NCBI RefSeq assembly: GCF_009914755.1
Contig: NC_060929.1
Reading direction: 5' to 3' (one strand)
Origin: the human T2T-CHM13v2.0 reference genome, Homo sapiens
Length of the DNA stretch: 64,000 nucleotides
In this document: positions 59,586 to 64,000 of the stretch, in pieces
Position numbering within the stretch: the stretch's first letter is position 1
Layout of the letters: each line of letters starts with the position of its first letter
The notes under the pieces: generated by a model
What the model saw: the letters and a program-made list of their open reading frames with translations, nothing else
Told to the model about the DNA's origin: nothing
Databases searched by the model: none
Translations under genes and position numbers: made by a program

Positions 59586-61467
59586 TCAGAATAGGCAAAT
59601 CTATAAAGACAGAAAGTTGATTAGTGGTTGCCTAGGGTAGGTGGAGGGAGAGTGTGGGTGTATAGGGAGAATGACTACTAATGAGTACAGGGTTTTTTGG
59701 GGGTGGGGAGTAACGAAAATGTTCTAAAATTCACTGTGGTGATGGTTATACAACTCTGTGAATATACTAAAAACCACTGAATTGTATACCTGAGGTAGTT
59801 GTTATTTAGTATTTGAATTATATCTCAATAAAGCTGAGATATAATAAAACAAGGTCCCCAAAATTAACAATTTTGTCAACAGTGAATATACGGCCAAGCT
59901 AAACTCTAAATGGAAAATGGCAGACAGAAAACAAAAGTACAATGTACATTTATTTAAACTGTTCAGTCATATCTACATTTGACACATTCTACAAGGAAGG
60001 CAGTCCCTGGAGAATGACCACTTTCAATATCAGTGATTGTGACCTTATTTCCACATGAAGTATGAATCTTATGTATTATCCCCATGAAGCAAGAACTGGA
60101 TCCAATCTTTACAGAGATTTCTTTTAAAGATGTAGACTAGAAACTATGTGGGTTACCTAGTCTCCAACCTCTTTTGGCTTCATTTTAAACAGCTTTAATA
60201 TGTTTAGGTGAACCCTGCACACTCCATTTTACCAAAGGCCTTACCACTATTTACTGTCACATATATCACAAATGTCACACATTTTGTGGCTTGCCTGGCC
60301 TCTGCCTAGGTTTACACCTTGATCTTGGCCCTAACTATTTGGGTAAGAGGAAAGATGGCCAAATCCAAAGGAAAAAAACATTCTTCTCTACGTCCTAGAG
60401 CAAAACTGTCCGTATCACCTACCTCCCTTCCAATGAAATCCCCATGTAGCAGGCTAAGAACAGAAATGGAGGGGAAAAAGGAATTTTTTAAAGCCCTCCA
60501 CAAGAAAGAGATCATAATTAATCTAGGATCAATCTGTTCCATGGCAAATGACCACACCTGTAATTCCAGCTAGTCTTCTTGAAAAGAGAAACTGAGAATC
60601 ACTAGGAATGGATTGATGAACAATTCTTTCCCATTAATTGTAACAGTAAGGCAGAGGTAGAGAAGAGGAAGGGTCTAATCGCCATTGGAGGTGGGTTAGT
60701 AATGTCTTTATCTCACATAAAGAATAGTTTTTTTCTTGTGAATAATCTTTACCAAGTGATAGTGCTTGACAAAATGGTTTAGCAAATTTTAACACTTTCC
60801 TCAAAATCTTTAGAGAATGAAGGTCAGTTCTTAAAAAAAATCAAGACATGAAAATGTAAATGTATCTATTCAGAAAGCTAATAAACACTCTTAGTCACTA
60901 AATTATATTTATTTCATCTTATTTTAAAATATATAAACTGCTTCTCAGTTTCCAGAGAATGCAGAACAATGTACATGACCAAATTACTACCGTACTTCTT
61001 GTAAAATACTATTGTTCACAATTATAGTAAAAAAATTCTGACATCTCTAAATTGTTAAGTTATGATCTCTCACAAATATTCCTTGCCTTCAAATTAATCT
61101 AGAAAAACTTAATCTAGTTTTTGAGGTTTGATAGTGGAGGAATAATGATATTTAAGTCAATTATTAAAGAGAATCCTACAACTTAAATTTTTCACCTACA
61201 ATTATATCAATGATAAAGTCACTTCTTGTGAAACCAAGTCCCAGCTTTACATACAGTCCACAGTCTCATCCAAACAAAAGTTATTCCCAGAAATTATTTC
61301 TATTCTAGTTTATTACTATAATCTAAGATTTGCTTACCACCCATTAAAAAGGGAAACATGTCACAGTGTGGAGAATATAGTACCTGAGAGCTCTTAACAG
61401 CCATTCACTTTTTTCCTGTTTTTATCATCTTAAAAGTACAGTAAATCCAAACTATATTTAAGATCAG

Positions 61468-61817
<350 letters not shown>

Positions 61818-63174
61818 TTAAATATAAAAATTTTGTATTTATTTTGGTGTTTTTGTATTTAAGCAGCATTTAGTTAAAATGCTATGTAAAATTTCCAGTG
61901 AAATTTAGTTTTTGAAATTGCACAAAAATTCCTAGTCATAGTTTTAGAGTGTTTCTAAAACTTTGATGATAAATACAGATGGAGTAAACCCATACAGATG
62001 TCATACATTGTGATAAAACTGTAGTTATACTGATATAAAGCAAGACTAATATGCTAGAAAATAATATTTCTGCATACATCCTTTAATGATTATCTGTTGG
62101 AAACACATAATGTGGCAGAAAACAATCTCTTTAACAGAATAGAAGGTACATGCAATATCCCCAAAAATACATAAATTCTAGAAGCACCATGAGAACACGT
62201 TATCTAAACATTAGAAGAATCTAAATATAACCAGTGTTTAAAAGAGCCCATTTTCTATCAAGGTAATCAAACTGTTATTAAAATTTATCAGTACAAAAAT
62301 AGCTTCACAAACTGCTAATGTATATGTCTTTTCTGAACTCTCGAAAATATGACAACAATTATTTATCTATATTGTACCATATTTGAGGATCAAAAAATTG
62401 TAATGAACAAAATGAAAACTTTTAGTTTTCAGTATTACATTGTGACAGCACTGGAATACTATAAAATCAACTATTTCCAAGATAATTTTCAGTGGCTTTA
62501 AATCTTTTTAAAAAAATCTATTATTATTTATTAAAAAAAAAAGTAAATTCTAGAATTCTAGACAGCTGATGCTATGAAGCAAACAAGAATTCCCTGGAAA
62601 GAGAACAAAACCTTCCCTCTTACGTATATGCCAGCCTATTAGTATATAGCTACTTTACTTGATATATAGCTAATCTAAGATTGGTTTCAAAGGATGTTCA
62701 AGTGTATACCTGCTCAATCTCAAAAGATATTATCATTTAGGTTAAAAAATGTTTTTAGAAAGAAATAGCAATTTAGATAAAATTTAATAACATTTCCCCC
62801 CAAAAAATCAGTAAACATTTCATCCTCATGATCTCCCTTTTTTACACGTCTCTAAACTTTAAAAATAAGTACACTAAAACAGTATTAATTCACTGAAGCT
62901 TATTCAATAAGAATGTTTTTGCATAGTTTATGACAAGGATACAGTACTATAGCACTTGACTAAGGAGTATTGAGCAGCTCATACATTTAAAATTTAGTTC
63001 AGCTGTATAGCTAAAAATCAAAGAAAGTAGTAAATGATTCAAGGTAATCTATAATGCCACTGAATCAGGTATGATATAAAAAGTTGTAATAGCTTAGTAA
63101 ATAAGTTTTTCAAAAGTCCAAAAGTAATTTTAGAAAAGTATTTGTGAATTTGCTTTAAGAATAACACAGTGGAG

Positions 63175-63312
63175 GAGGACTAGATGAGGGCAGAGATGAA
63201 ACAAGACTGGCCATTTTTTCATAACTGTTGAAGGCAGGTGACATGTTTATAGGAGTTCATTATAGTATTTTCTCTCTGATGTATGCTTGAAAATTTTTAT
63301 AATAAAAAGTTA
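63175..63312 (+). mobile_element. L1ME-type 3' end fragment
   Basis: GATGAAACAAGA.TGGCCAT..ATAACTGTTGAAG...GAAAATTTTTATAATAAAAAGTT. Confidence 0.65.
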
Positions 63313-63766
63313 TAAATACTAAAAATGTTTTAAATCTTGCTTATTTCTCTAAAGCTAAGTAACTTTTTAAGAAAGACTTAAAGAACAAACTAACCACATT
63401 ACTAAAACTTTCAGTGCTAAATGAAAAGTAGGACCTTCTTTTGACATGTTAATTAACAAATTCATGAGGTTTAGTCAAAAATTTGAATTTTAAGAAAAGA
63501 ACAAATGGCTTGCTAAGTAGCTATTACTACAGTCAACTCTTAACTAATCTGACTGACTAGATCACTGTTCCCTATATCCCATCTTTTTTATTTTTAGCAC
63601 ATAGACATTCTAGTGATTTTGCTCCTTATTTAGCAGTAAAATGGAATCAACTAAAACAGAAATACTGGCAAAAAATTTTTTTGCTATTCATTCTTCTCTG
63701 CTAAAACACATATTGGAGAAGGAAGGCAATATAGTCTAAATAAGCATTAAAAACTTAAGATTTTAT

Positions 63767-64000
<234 letters not shown>

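Overview
Primate (human-like) genomic DNA, AT-rich and repeat-dense. It holds the 3' part of HOMER1 (postsynaptic scaffold) on the minus strand. Four coding exons with canonical GT-AG sites (30237-30081, 25818-25708, 25084-25004, 4374-4186) splice in frame to give the C-terminal coiled-coil/leucine-zipper of long Homer1 (..SAISKHWEAEL...LAKLLECS*). An AU-rich 3' UTR of up to ~3 kb runs toward the window start. 30238-64000 is most of the large upstream intron, in which short activity-induced Homer1a/Ania-3 transcripts are known to terminate; the EVH1 exons lie beyond the window. The rest is about 34 Alu copies, a near full-length but dead L1, older L1/L2/MIR pieces, MaLR LTRs, Tigger/hAT DNA transposons and microsatellites. 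Two tiny small-RNA retrocopies (U2 5' fragment, Y3 3' fragment) have clear target-site duplications. Almost all ORF-track entries are repeat-derived noise. I found no convincing new biological system; the findings are small structural observations and testable regulatory hypotheses. Exon numbers and repeat subfamilies come from recall, and repeat boundaries are approximate.
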